From the NCBI GenBank assembly GCA_037133915.1, contig JBAXND010000005.1, positions 488 to 64,487 of the forward strand: DNA of 64,000 nucleotides. Direction: 5' to 3'. Both the position numbers and the translations under genes were made by a program. Origin of the DNA: Bacteroidota bacterium (GTDB lineage: Bacteria > Bacteroidota > Bacteroidia > Bacteroidales > CAIWKO01). The stretch's first letter is position 1; every line of letters starts with the position of its first letter. A model generated the notes under the pieces. It searched no databases. It was not told where the DNA came from and saw only the letters and a list, made by a program, of their open reading frames with translations. Below are positions 10,101 to 19,600 of the stretch, in pieces.

Positions 10101-10636
10101 TCTAAGCGTCCCAGACGCGTGCCACGCATGGTGCCCAGTTCAATAACGCTTGCGGTGTTGCGTTCAAGGAAATTGTTCTGGCTGTAAAGCGCTTCGTTAT
10201 ATTTAAAAGGCACAGTTTTAACATCGGCACTTTTACTCAGCGACGGCTGTGATGGCATCACATCGAACGGTATCTGAAGGTCGCTCAGACTGTACGTTTT
10301 CCAAATGGCATTCTTTATTTTGACAACAACATTCGCGCCCTGCGGAATCTCAATCAGTTTTTTAAGTACCGGAAGCCGGGGCTCCCCAATAATCATGCTG
10401 GTTCCAAAATCTTTTATCACCAGTTCACTGAACAGACCGCGGCTCGTATTTACTTTAATGGTTTTAATATCGTCTGCCGATAACGTATTTACCAATGTGA
10501 GTCCATAATCAGTATTTGCAGTAACTTTCAAACCGGTATTATTCTCCGGATTACCTGCAAATAATGAGGGTGTAAAAGTGCTTAGAACAAAGAATATCAT
10601 CGTTACCACGATGCCTGAAGTGAAAGATTTTTTCAT
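7130..10636 (-). CDS. Peptidase C25 (gingipain-family cysteine protease) with T9SS C-terminal domain, a divergent paralog of the downstream gene
   Basis: Signal peptide, VLIVGDIAQVPAF, His motif YTAHGGPDGF, Cys motif LLVGNCCLTNKF, and CTD LSCYPNPAHGITSLEF...GIYSVVLV...KLVVIN. Confidence 0.85.
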   Translation of the reverse strand: MKKSFTSGIVVTMIFFVLSTFTPSLFAGNPENNTGLKVTANTDYGLTLVNTLSADDIKTIKVNTSRGLFSELVIKDFGTSMIIGEPRLPVLKKLIEIPQGANVVVKIKNAIWKTYSLSDLQIPFDVMPSQPSLSKSADVKTVPFKYNEALYSQNNFLERNTASVIELGTMRGTRLGRLEISPVQYNPAGRLIKVCTSMEIEITFENADIAATQALKANTYSPYFEPGYSKILNYKNDHLKSNLTQYPVKYVIVADPMFQSALQPFIQWKTKKGFTVIEAYTNNPLVGATTTSIKSYLQGLYNAGTPSSPAPSFVLIVGDIAQVPAFAGTTGTHVSDLYYCEYTGDKLPELYYGRFSATSVAELQPQIDKTLEYEKYLMPHPSYLDTCVMIAGQDPTNGPTYGDGQINYGTDTYFNMAHGLFSHTYLYAVSGSSSSQIIQNVSTGCAYLNYTAHGGPDGFSNPSFTVTDVNSLTNNHKYGLLVGNCCLTNKFDETVCFGEALLRASGKGSVGYIGGSNSTYWDEDYWWGVGARTFPSGNPPLHATYDASGLGAYDRTFHDHGESFAQWFTTQGQMVVAGDLAVMQAGGSSDYYWEIYHLMGDPSLMIYYGVPDAMTVAYNSLMPLGSTNFTVTTNAPFAYAAISKAGVLYGAALADTNGVANITLSPIGIPVTADVVVTCQNRQPYVGTVAVASPAGPYVLYTKNHPVDQSGSDTIVDNNDTINLDVTLKNFGAATANGVNATITSADAFIAITDNSQTYGAIASNTSSTQAGAYVFNVADAVPDQHIAHFDIAISDNNSNSWTSDFDLKVNAPILAIGNFAIDDAALGNGNGSLDHSETVDIIINTLNTGHADALTTQGVLTTNSPYITITTGTHNFGTLNKLSNADAIFTLDVSPTVPDTAVVKLTYTVTSGSRVVALDYFIPIGQAMEDWETGTMAKYHWQTSGSAPWSVSNVNPYEGLYCNKSGTISDNQQSDLFIAMNVTMADTISFFRKVSCEQGSVYSDWWDFLDFSIDGVSQQRWDGELGWAKAEFPVTTGAHTFKWSYVKDYSTSSGSDAAWIDFIMFPPVMAVSSIEKNALNTATRLSCYPNPAHGITSLEFSLASASTVSLKIFDIRGREVRSILNNHTKQAGTYTLLFDASQFEAGIYSVVLVTDDKSLSTKLVVIN

Positions 10637-10820
10637 AGCGCTGTTTAGGGAAATATATGAATTAATGGATAAAGATACAAAATCAATGTGTATCTAATGA
10701 TGTGAATTTTTCTTAACAAAAGTTTAACGGCTTGATTTTTAGAAAATAACAGCTTTTTCAGGCTGGTAACTTTGACGGTTATCACGCTGAGGACAATTAT
10801 TAATATTACCGGATTATCTT

Positions 10821-10828
10821 TACATTTG
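10821..10828 (+). promoter_or_regulatory. Candidate -7 box (TACATTTG)
   Basis: TAnnTTTG located 24 nt upstream of the ATG at 10852. Confidence 0.4.
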
Positions 10829-10851
10829 TGTAAATAACTCAAATTGTTGGT

Positions 10852-11409
10852 ATGCACCGGTATTTTGTACTGTCATCATTTATTGTGTTGGGAATTGCAT
10901 TCTTGGGGGTTCTCATCAGCCATCGGATGCGTGGTCATGAATTTATGGGGAAGCCACCGTTAAGAAAGTCACTGTTCATTCTCGGCAAGATATGTGTTTT
11001 CGGCAGCTGGCTTTTTTTTCTTCTCAAAGCCGTGTTTCCTTCAATCGGCTATATTCCTGTTCCTGAATTTTTATCATGGACAGCTACAGCTGTTTTAATT
11101 CCGGCAATCCTGATTTTCGTAATTTCTTTTTTTCAGCTGGGCACCGCACTTAAAATGGGGCTGCCCAACGAAAGCACAACGTTGCGCACTTCAGGCTTGT
11201 ATCGCTTTTCCCGTAATCCTATCTATGCTGCGGTTTTTATGATGTTCTTTGCATCACTTATGTACTTTCCCGACCCGTTGAACTTCTGTTTAGCCATTAT
11301 AGGTACAATCATTCACTACCGAACGACCCTGTCCGAAGAAAAATTTCTGTTGCAGCGTTTCGGCAGCGAATGGACCATGTATACATCACGGACACGTCGA
11401 TATTTATAG
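10852..11409 (+). CDS. Isoprenylcysteine carboxyl methyltransferase (ICMT/PEMT)-family membrane methyltransferase
   Basis: 185 aa with about 5 TM helices. The C-terminal motif LRTSGLYRFSRNPIYAAVFMMF is typical of the ICMT/phospholipid methyltransferase fold. Confidence 0.65.
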   Translation: MHRYFVLSSFIVLGIAFLGVLISHRMRGHEFMGKPPLRKSLFILGKICVFGSWLFFLLKAVFPSIGYIPVPEFLSWTATAVLIPAILIFVISFFQLGTALKMGLPNESTTLRTSGLYRFSRNPIYAAVFMMFFASLMYFPDPLNFCLAIIGTIIHYRTTLSEEKFLLQRFGSEWTMYTSRTRRYL

Positions 11410-12468
11410 AATGGACGCCGCTGCAAGATATTTTTCTATCAGCCGCGGAACGGGATATTGCTTGATTTCATTATAGGCAACCCAAACCAGATTTTCTTTT
11501 TGAAGTTTTTTGGGAAGATGGATTTGTACAAACCGTACGTGCATGCTTATATGGCTCAGCTTATGAAGGTATTCAGTGCTTAATTTGCCAGATGTAACGG
11601 CTGTTTTTCCAAACAATGACTGAAATTCTGGATGTGTGGAAATGTTGTTGAAATATAGTGGTATTAAGGACTCAATGCAAGGGAAATCATATAGGTTTTT
11701 CAAAATCCCGGCTGTGGTGCGTTTGCGAAGGCATATTTTTTTTAAGTTGCCGCTTCCGGAAGTAATAACAAAATAGAGATAGTGCCGTTCGGTAACTGTT
11801 GTTTTAACCATTTTCACCGGGAAGTTTTCAGGTGTTCCAGTCGCCAGAGCCTTGCATTTCTTTTTAAAGACACAATCTGAACAGCCCGGTTTTTGAGGTG
11901 TACAGCAAAGTGCTCCGAATTCCATCACGGCCTGGTTGTATGTGCCGGGATTGTCATCGCTTATTATAGATGTGGCAAGTTGCAGAATTTCTTTTTTGCC
12001 ATCGGCCGTATCATATGCCTTTTCAATACCAAAAAGGCGTGAAAGTACGCGCACAACATTGCCGTCAACAACAGGATATGCCTTATTAAATGCGATGGAT
12101 AAGATTGCGGCAGCTGTATATTCGCCAATGCCTTTGAGTTTAATTATTTCTTCATGTGTATCCGGAAAGCGGCCATTATAGTCTGCCACTATTTGTTGAG
12201 CAGCGTGGTGCATATTCCGGGCACGGGAATAATAACCAAGTCCCTGCCAGCATTTAAGCACCTGCTCTTCGCCGGCATCTGCCAGTGAAAAAACGTCGGG
12301 AAAGGCTTCAATAAACCTGTTATAATATGCAAGTCCCTGGTCGACACGTGTTTGCTGTAAAATAATTTCCGAAACCCAAATTTTATAAGGGTCGTTTGTC
12401 AGTCGCCAGGGCAGGCTGCGTTTATGCTTATTATACCATAAAATAAATGTAGTATGGATTATTTTCAT
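11404..12468 (-). CDS. mutY: A/G-specific adenine DNA glycosylase
   Basis: HhH-GPD region (WQGLGYYSRARN, LKGIGEYTAAAI), a 4Fe-4S Cys cluster (CTPQKPGCSDCVFKKKC) and a C-terminal NUDIX-like domain. Confidence 0.9.
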   Translation of the reverse strand: MKIIHTTFILWYNKHKRSLPWRLTNDPYKIWVSEIILQQTRVDQGLAYYNRFIEAFPDVFSLADAGEEQVLKCWQGLGYYSRARNMHHAAQQIVADYNGRFPDTHEEIIKLKGIGEYTAAAILSIAFNKAYPVVDGNVVRVLSRLFGIEKAYDTADGKKEILQLATSIISDDNPGTYNQAVMEFGALCCTPQKPGCSDCVFKKKCKALATGTPENFPVKMVKTTVTERHYLYFVITSGSGNLKKICLRKRTTAGILKNLYDFPCIESLIPLYFNNISTHPEFQSLFGKTAVTSGKLSTEYLHKLSHISMHVRFVQIHLPKKLQKENLVWVAYNEIKQYPVPRLIEKYLAAASIL

Positions 12469-12545
12469 ATTTAATGAACAAATTTATTTTGAGGGCTTTA
12501 GATGAAAAAAAACGTAAAATTACTTTTTTTGAACGAAAATAAGTT

Positions 12546-12553
12546 TATATTTG
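12546..12553 (+). promoter_or_regulatory. Candidate -7 box (TATATTTG) for hup, with TTTG at 12528-12531 as a possible -33 element
   Basis: Matches TAnnTTTG. An upstream TTTG lies 14 nt away. The site is 70 nt upstream of the hup ATG. Confidence 0.4.
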
Positions 12554-12622
12554 CAGCCCGGTTAGAATACGGTATATAAAAAAGATAAAGAACGAACTTA
12601 TAACCACTTAAATTTTTTAGAA

Positions 12623-12907
12623 ATGACAAAAGCAGAAATTGTAGCAGAAATCGCTAACAAAACAGGAATTGAAAAAGTTGCCGTTCAGGCAACTGTTGAA
12701 TCATTCATGGAATGTATGAAAGCTTCACTTGCAAAAGGTGAAAACGTTTACCTCAGAGGCTTTGGAAGTTTTATCATTAAGAAACGTGCTCAGAAAACCG
12801 GACGGAATATTTCAAAGAATACAACCATTGTTATTCCTGCGCATTATATTCCCGCATTCAAACCTGCTAAAGTATTTGCTAACGAAGTAAAGAAAAGCGT
12901 TAAATAA
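12623..12907 (+). CDS. hup: HU-family nucleoid-associated DNA-binding protein
   Basis: 94 aa. MTKAEIVAEIANKTG...VYLRGFGSFIIKKRAQKTGRNISKNTTIVIPAHYIPAFKP is the canonical HU/IHF fold signature. Confidence 0.9.
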   Translation: MTKAEIVAEIANKTGIEKVAVQATVESFMECMKASLAKGENVYLRGFGSFIIKKRAQKTGRNISKNTTIVIPAHYIPAFKPAKVFANEVKKSVK

Positions 12908-12939
12908 TTTTATTTTCTACGTCATAAACACAACTTATC

Positions 12940-13029
12940 ATGCCAAGCGGAAAAAAGAGAAAAAGACATAAAATGGCAACGCACAAACGTAAAAAACGTT
13001 TGCGCAAGAACAGACACAAAAAGAAATAA
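12940..13029 (+). CDS. 29-aa hyper-basic small protein, probably ribosomal protein bS22 (AURKAIP1/COX24-like); absent from the ORF track
   Basis: ATG...TAA encodes MPSGKKRKRHKMATHKRKKRLRKNRHKKK. There is no terminator between hup and this ORF, and a 13-bp perfect hairpin follows it. The spacing of basic residues around the central Met resembles actinobacterial bS22 as I recall it. Confidence 0.55.
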   Translation: MPSGKKRKRHKMATHKRKKRLRKNRHKKK

Positions 13030-13054
13030 TCTGGCCGTTTAAATCTGCCTTTAG

Positions 13055-13086
13055 TTTATTACACAGCAATCCCGCTGTGTAATAAA
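13055..13086 (+). terminator. Hairpin terminator after the hup / small-ORF unit
   Basis: Perfect 13-bp stem TTTATTACACAGC / GCTGTGTAATAAA with a 6-nt loop, followed by CTTTTAT. Confidence 0.6.
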
Positions 13087-13148
13087 CTTTTATAGACGAT
13101 CCTGATTTAGATGTACTATTTGCTGCACCTCCTGAAATAAGGATAAAC

Positions 13149-14699
13149 GTGAACAAGGAATTAATTATAGACTCCGGTCCTGCCGAGGTCACTATCGCCC
13201 TTCTTGAAGAAAAGAGACTGGTTGAGCTGCATAAGGAAAAGAATAATAACAATTATTCTGTCGGAGATGTTTATCTCGGCAGAGTAAAGAAAATTGTTTC
13301 CGGACTGAACGCTGCCTTTGTAGATGTTGGCTACGAAAAGGACGCTTTTTTGCATTACCTCGACCTTGGTCCTCAGGTGCGTTCGGTGCTCAAGTATACC
13401 CGTAGCTGCATATCTGCTGCACAGCCCAGCATTTCAGAAGATACCTTCAACTTCGAAAAAGATATTGATAAATCCGGAAAGATATCAAACATCTTAACCG
13501 CGAATATGGATATCCTTGTTCAGATTGCAAAAGAACCGATATCCAGCAAAGGCCCGAGAATAACGGGCGAACTTGCCATTGCAGGCAGATACCTCGTTCT
13601 GGTTCCTTTTTCAGACAGAATATCAGTATCACAGAAAATCAGCAACAACGATGAACGCAACCGACTCAAAAGGCTGCTGATCAGCATTAAACCAAAGAAT
13701 TTTGGTGTAATCATCCGTACCGTTGCTCAAAACAAAAAAGTTGCCGAGCTGATTGGCGATCTGGACGATCTGGTTAAAAAATGGGATAACCTTATCGGAA
13801 GGCTTCCTCAGGCACATCCTCCACGCAAAGTTCTGAGCGAAATGGATAGGTCATCAGCTATTTTACGCGACCTGCTCAACGAATCGTTCAACTCCATTTA
13901 CGTGAACGATCAGGATTTGTACGATGAGCTTAAAAGCTACGTGCGCACCATTGCACCCGATAAAACAGACATTGTAAAATTACACAAGTCTAAAACACCC
14001 ATTTTTGAGCATTTCGGCGTTGACAAGCAGATACGAAACCTGTTTGGCAAAAAAGTGACCCTTAAAAATGGTGTCTATATCATTATTGAGCATACCGAAG
14101 CCATGCATGTTGTTGACGTGAACAGCGGTCATCGCATGAATAACCAGATCAATCAGGAAGCCAACGCACTTGCCGTTAACATGGATGCTGCAACAGAAAT
14201 TGCACGCCAGCTCAGGCTTCGCGATATGGGCGGCATCATTGTCATCGACTTTATTGATATGCACCTTGCCACAAACAGGCGCATACTCTTTGATAAACTC
14301 CGTGAAGAAATGCTCACGGATAATTCAAAACACACCATTTTACCGCCGAGTAAATTCGGGCTTGTTCAAATCACCAGACAAAGGGTCCGCCCCGAGACCA
14401 GCGTGAAAATACTTGAGAAATGCCCCGTTTGCGAAGGAACAGGCGAAATTAAAGCCAGCATCACCCTGCTCGACGAAATTGAGAATCATATCCGTTATCT
14501 CATCGATGAACAAAATGAGGTGAAGCTCAAACTCGTGGTGCATCCCTACGTTTACGCTTTTATTATGCGGGGATTTTTCACACGCCGCTGGAAATGGTAC
14601 CGCCGTTTCCACAAGTGGATCGGTATCAGCTCAGACAGCACGTATCATTTCCTCGAATACCATTTTTTTAATGGTAAAGGCGACGAGATAAAACTGTAA
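13149..14699 (+). CDS. rng: Ribonuclease E/G family endoribonuclease (RNase G-like), GTG start
   Basis: 516 aa. An S1 domain (VGDVYLGRVKKIVSGLNAAFVDVG), the catalytic region (VIIEHTEAMHVVDVNSG, GGIIVIDFIDM) and a Zn-link-like CPVCEGTG. Confidence 0.85.
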   Translation: MNKELIIDSGPAEVTIALLEEKRLVELHKEKNNNNYSVGDVYLGRVKKIVSGLNAAFVDVGYEKDAFLHYLDLGPQVRSVLKYTRSCISAAQPSISEDTFNFEKDIDKSGKISNILTANMDILVQIAKEPISSKGPRITGELAIAGRYLVLVPFSDRISVSQKISNNDERNRLKRLLISIKPKNFGVIIRTVAQNKKVAELIGDLDDLVKKWDNLIGRLPQAHPPRKVLSEMDRSSAILRDLLNESFNSIYVNDQDLYDELKSYVRTIAPDKTDIVKLHKSKTPIFEHFGVDKQIRNLFGKKVTLKNGVYIIIEHTEAMHVVDVNSGHRMNNQINQEANALAVNMDAATEIARQLRLRDMGGIIVIDFIDMHLATNRRILFDKLREEMLTDNSKHTILPPSKFGLVQITRQRVRPETSVKILEKCPVCEGTGEIKASITLLDEIENHIRYLIDEQNEVKLKLVVHPYVYAFIMRGFFTRRWKWYRRFHKWIGISSDSTYHFLEYHFFNGKGDEIKL

Positions 14700-14794
14700 G
14701 ATTTCCGATATTCTTCTTCCCTTTTTTCATGTACTTTCTTTGACCGGATGTGTTTTACATTCAGCAGTGAAAACAATTCACCCAAACGTGATAT

Positions 14795-14802
14795 TATATT
14801 TG
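14795..14802 (+). promoter_or_regulatory. Candidate -7 box (TATATTTG)
   Basis: TAnnTTTG located 34 nt upstream of the ATG at 14836. Confidence 0.4.
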
Positions 14803-14835
14803 TATTTTTGATTTGAAAACAAAAACATAACAGTC

Positions 14836-15465
14836 ATGACACAAACACCTGATAATAAAAAAAGCCCTGCCCAAAATGCTGCAGATACAACCGGCACACC
14901 GGAGGTGAAGAAAAAAAGCCATGTGCGGCTCATTCTTTGGCTGATATTCATCTTTGTAATTATTGCCGTTCCTGTAATTATTTATTTTGTAAAGGATATT
15001 CAGATAAACAATCTGAAAAAAGACCACGAAAAAGAAATCAGTGCAATGCAGGAAAAGGCAAATGCAAAAGTGGCCGAAATGAACCGCGGAAATCTGATTT
15101 CTGTTTCCCGCGTATTTTCGTGGGCCGTCCGTTCCGAAATTCAGCGAGGCAACGCCGAGAATGTTGGCATGTATATGACAGAGCTGGTTAAAATTCCGAA
15201 CATACAACAAGCACTCTATGTTGATAATTCCGGAAATGTTGTACAATCAACAGATGCTAAATACAAAGGAATGGCATGCAGCAATATTTTCGCAGACGCC
15301 ATTCTCAACAACAATGATATAAAGATATCCGACCGTGAAAACGGCGATTTGATGGTGGTTTCACCTGTAATGGGAATAGGAACGCGTTTAGGTTCGGTGG
15401 TAATTACGTATACACCTCAGAAATTGAATTTTGAAGTGCCTGTTGCAAATCCGGAGAAAAAATAA
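14836..15465 (+). CDS. Hypothetical single-pass membrane-anchored protein
   Basis: 209 aa. A basic N-terminus, one TM helix (LILWLIFIFVIIAVPVIIYFV) and a roughly 150-aa extracytoplasmic domain. I recognise no family motif. It is first in a tightly spaced same-strand series (gaps of 16, 12 and 1 nt). Confidence 0.55.
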   Translation: MTQTPDNKKSPAQNAADTTGTPEVKKKSHVRLILWLIFIFVIIAVPVIIYFVKDIQINNLKKDHEKEISAMQEKANAKVAEMNRGNLISVSRVFSWAVRSEIQRGNAENVGMYMTELVKIPNIQQALYVDNSGNVVQSTDAKYKGMACSNIFADAILNNNDIKISDRENGDLMVVSPVMGIGTRLGSVVITYTPQKLNFEVPVANPEKK

Positions 15466-15481
15466 AGAATAAGAGCTTACA

Positions 15482-16669
15482 ATGAGATATTCCAGAAATT
15501 CCGGTCTGCTTGTGATAGCAGCCATCTGTCTGATTATTGCTTCATGCGGGAACAATAAAAGCCGTGTCAAAAATGAGTTTACCATACACGGTAAATTTAA
15601 AAACACTAAAGGCGAAATGCTCCGCCTGGTGCAGTTAACCGTTGATAGTGTTATCCCTCGTGATTCAGCCATCATAGATGAAAACGGCGCTTTTTCATTT
15701 AAAGTAAAAGCAACAGCACCTTCGTTTTATCTTGTGAAAGCAGCTGCCGATAATTTTATAACGCTGTTAATAAATCCGGGCGAAATTATTGAGCTGTCAG
15801 GTAACTTCCAGCAGCTTGCCCGCGAATATAATGTCAGCGGTTCTCCCGGATCAGCGCTGCTTGCAGAACTTAATACCCACACCCGTATTAATTACCGAAA
15901 GGTCGATTCTATTGAAAATATTCTGAATAAAAGTCAGGATAGTTCACGCTTTGCGGATATTAAAAAAGAAATAGACTCTGCTTATACCCTGATTTTTCTT
16001 GATCAGCAAAAATTTGTCAAAGCATTCATCGATAAAAATGACTCGTCGCTTGCTTCGCTCATGGCCATTTATCAGGTGTTTGGACGGGTAAAAGTGTTGA
16101 ATGAACGCGATCATTTCGAATATTTTGAAAAACTGGATAAACGTTTAACAGCCCTCTATCCCGCTAACGGATACGTGCTTGAACTACATAACCGGGTGTT
16201 GCAGATATACAAGAATGACGAAGAACAAAAACTTGCCGAAAAGAAACTGGATTCGGGACTGGTGGCGCCTGATATCTATCTGAAAAATATTGGCGGAGTG
16301 ACGTGCAATTTGTCGTCGCTCAAGGGCCGCGTTGTGCTGGTATGGTTCTGGGCTGGCTGGAGCAAGTCTTCGCAAAAAGACATTGATACGTATAAATATC
16401 TTTATAAAAAATTCCGCAGCAAGGGATTTGAAATCTATGCTGTGTCTCTTGATAAAGAGCGCCAAACCTGGGAAGATGCCGTACGCGGAAACAAAATGCA
16501 ATGGCTGCAGGTCGGCGATTTGCTCGAATGGGATTCGCCTGTCGTTAAAACATATTGTATCAAAAATATTCCGCATGCTCTGTTGATTGGAAAGGACGGC
16601 CGCATCCTGAAACGGGGTATAACAGCCGAGCAGTTGCCCGAATACCTTGCGAAGCAGTTTAAAAATTAG
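15482..16669 (+). CDS. TlpA/thioredoxin-fold lipoprotein with an N-terminal DUF4369-like domain; the CXXC active site is replaced by SKSS
   Basis: Lipobox LIIASCG. The C-terminal thioredoxin-like block LKGRVVLVWFWAGWSKSSQKD...IPHALLIGKDGRILKR aligns by eye with the TlpA consensus ...FWASWCGPCR... Confidence 0.75.
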   Translation: MRYSRNSGLLVIAAICLIIASCGNNKSRVKNEFTIHGKFKNTKGEMLRLVQLTVDSVIPRDSAIIDENGAFSFKVKATAPSFYLVKAAADNFITLLINPGEIIELSGNFQQLAREYNVSGSPGSALLAELNTHTRINYRKVDSIENILNKSQDSSRFADIKKEIDSAYTLIFLDQQKFVKAFIDKNDSSLASLMAIYQVFGRVKVLNERDHFEYFEKLDKRLTALYPANGYVLELHNRVLQIYKNDEEQKLAEKKLDSGLVAPDIYLKNIGGVTCNLSSLKGRVVLVWFWAGWSKSSQKDIDTYKYLYKKFRSKGFEIYAVSLDKERQTWEDAVRGNKMQWLQVGDLLEWDSPVVKTYCIKNIPHALLIGKDGRILKRGITAEQLPEYLAKQFKN

Positions 16670-16681
16670 AAACATAGTTGA

Positions 16682-19600
16682 ATGTTTGATAAACGAATTT
16701 CCATTTTTATTTTTTTCTTAGCATCGCTGCAATGTGTTGCCCAGTCTTACTTTCAGCAAAAAACAGATTATACCATTTCGGTTTCTTTGAACGACAGCTC
16801 ACATGAACTCGATGCAACTGAACGTATAGATTATACCAATAACAGTCCTGATACTCTTCATGAGATATGGTTTCATCTGTGGCCAAATGGCTACGCAGAT
16901 AAGCATTCTGCAATGTCCGAACAATTTCTTTCGCAGGGGAATGGGAACTTTTATTTTGCTGATAACGACGATCTTGGCAGTATCGACGGACTGAAATTCA
17001 GAGTGAATGATACCAGCGCCCGTTATGAATTTGACGCCAGAAACAAAGATATCTGCGTACTTCATCTGAACAGGCCGCTTTGCCCGGGGAGAAAAATAAC
17101 TGTTACAACACCTTTTCATGTTGATATTCCCGATGTTCGCTTTTCGCGTATGGGGCATCACGGACAGGCTTATTACATAACCCAGTGGTACCCGAAACCG
17201 GCGGTATATGACAACAATGGGTGGAATACGTTTCCCTACCTCGATCAGGGTGAGTTTTATTCTGAATTCGGTACGTTTGACGTTACCCTTACACTGCCGC
17301 AAAATTATGTGGTTGCTGCTACCGGCGATCTCATATCGCCACTGAGCGAACTTGACTGGCTCGACAGTATTGCACGCCGGCCTTTGCCTGCAACGCCTTC
17401 GAAAAAAGTAACAGATGAGGTAATTCCTGAATCATCGGTGCTGACAAAAACACTCCGCTATCATCAAGAAAATATTCATGACTTTGCCTGGTTTGCCGAT
17501 AAGACTTATCAGGTACGGAAAAGCGAAGTCGTACTTCCGTCAGGACGGAAAGTTACCACCAGGGTTTTCTTTAATAATAAAAATGCAAAATTGTGGGATA
17601 AAGCCGTTAATTACGTGAACCGCAGCGTTTCCTATTATTCCGAAAAGGTTGGAGAATACCCTTACAACGTTTGTTCCGCTGTTGAAAATCCTTCGTATGG
17701 CGGAGGTATGGAATATCCCACCATTACCCTTATCGGAGATGCGGGCAGTGCGCTTTCACTTGAAGAAGTAATTGTTCATGAGGTCGGGCACAACTGGTTC
17801 TATGGCATACTTGCATCCAATGAACGTAATGAACCGTGGATGGATGAAGGCATGAATTCCTTTTATACACAGCGTTACATGATGGATACGCATCCTGAAT
17901 TGAAATTATATGATAGTCAGGGCTTGTATAAATGGATTGCAAAACTCTTTGCTCTGGACAAGGCGCCCCAGCAGGCAATGAGTGATCTTCCGTGGTTGTT
18001 TTCTTTTCTTAGGAATAATGATCAGGCCGCAAATCTTACATCAACAGCCTATTCATCTCTTAACTACGGCTCTGTTGTTTACATGAAATCATCGATGTCA
18101 TTTCTGTGGTTAATGAATTCTCTGGGTACTGCGGAATTTGATAAAGCAATGAAGCAGTATTTTGAAACATGGAAATTGCGGCATCCCGATGCTAAAGATT
18201 TCAGGAAATCATTCGTTTCAACGACAGGAAAAAAATCGGAATGGTTTTTCGACGACCTGCTTACATCATGCAAAAAGCCTGATTATAAAATCTGCAACAT
18301 AAAGAAAACCATGGACCCCCAAAGTTTTACAGGCGATGCATGGCAGGTTACAATAAAGAATTCAGGCGATATTGAAGGACCTTTTTCGGTGTCGTCCATG
18401 ATTAAAGATTCCATTATTTCAACACAATGGTTCGATGGGTTTAAAGGAAAACGTGCCTTGTTTGTTCATTTTATCGATTTCGATAAAGTAAGGATTGACG
18501 CGGGTTATACAATGCTTGAGTCCAATCGTAAAAATAATTCCATTCGCCGCAGCGGAATACTGAAACGCATGAAACCCCCTGCATTCAGGCTGTTTGCATC
18601 TGTTCCGCATGAAGATAAAACGGAAATATTTTTTGCACCGGTTATAGGTTGGAATAAATATGACCATTTTATGGCAGGCATTGCCTTGTATTCAAGCCCG
18701 CTGTTTCCGCGTAAATTTGATTATCTGCTGATGCCATTGTATTCAACCGGAAGCAAAGAAATTTCGGGAAGTGCGAATATCGGATACAGTATTCTGCCCC
18801 GGCAGTCTCGGATTCAGCGCATCCGCATTGGTATGTATGCTTCGCGTTATCATTACAATGATTATCCGTTCTTAATGCACTATGTAAAACTCTCGCCTGA
18901 AATAGGTATAGACATCGTGCCAAAATCAGCCAGCAACAGGCTGAAGCAGCATATCCGGCTGCGCGACGTGAGTTTATATAAACAGTCGTATGAGTATGTA
19001 AAAATCGGGGAAGGGCTGGGTGATCCGTCGGGATTACCCTATAATATCTATACGCTTGAGCGTACTGATGAGAATTATTCCATTTACGAATTATCTTATT
19101 TTATCGGGAAACAGACACCGGTCAACCCTTTCAATGCAACGGCAACCATTCAGGCAGGCGAAGGTATGGCGAAGTTTTTTGTGGAAGGCAACTACCGCGC
19201 CGTGTATTCAAAGAATAAAGGTCTTGATATTCGCTTGTTCTACGGCACTTTCCTTATGCGACCGACGAACAGTGTTTATGATTTTCGATTTCATTTAAGC
19301 GGACAGTCGGGCTATCAGGATTATATGTACGACAATATTTACCTTGGTCGCAACGACGCCAATATACCATGTTCAAATCAATTTTCCGAAACCGATGGCG
19401 GTTTTAAATATGCAACAGCTGTTGGAATGACTTGGGACTGGCTCTTTGCCGTAAATCTGAAAACATCCCTGCCCGGGAAACTTCCGTTTAAACTCTATGC
19501 AGATTTCGGTACTTACCGCAATGCCGCCCATGCATTCACTGGTTCAAAAGCCCTTTCATATGATGCAGGTGTGCAGCTTTCTATTATTAATAATATCTTT

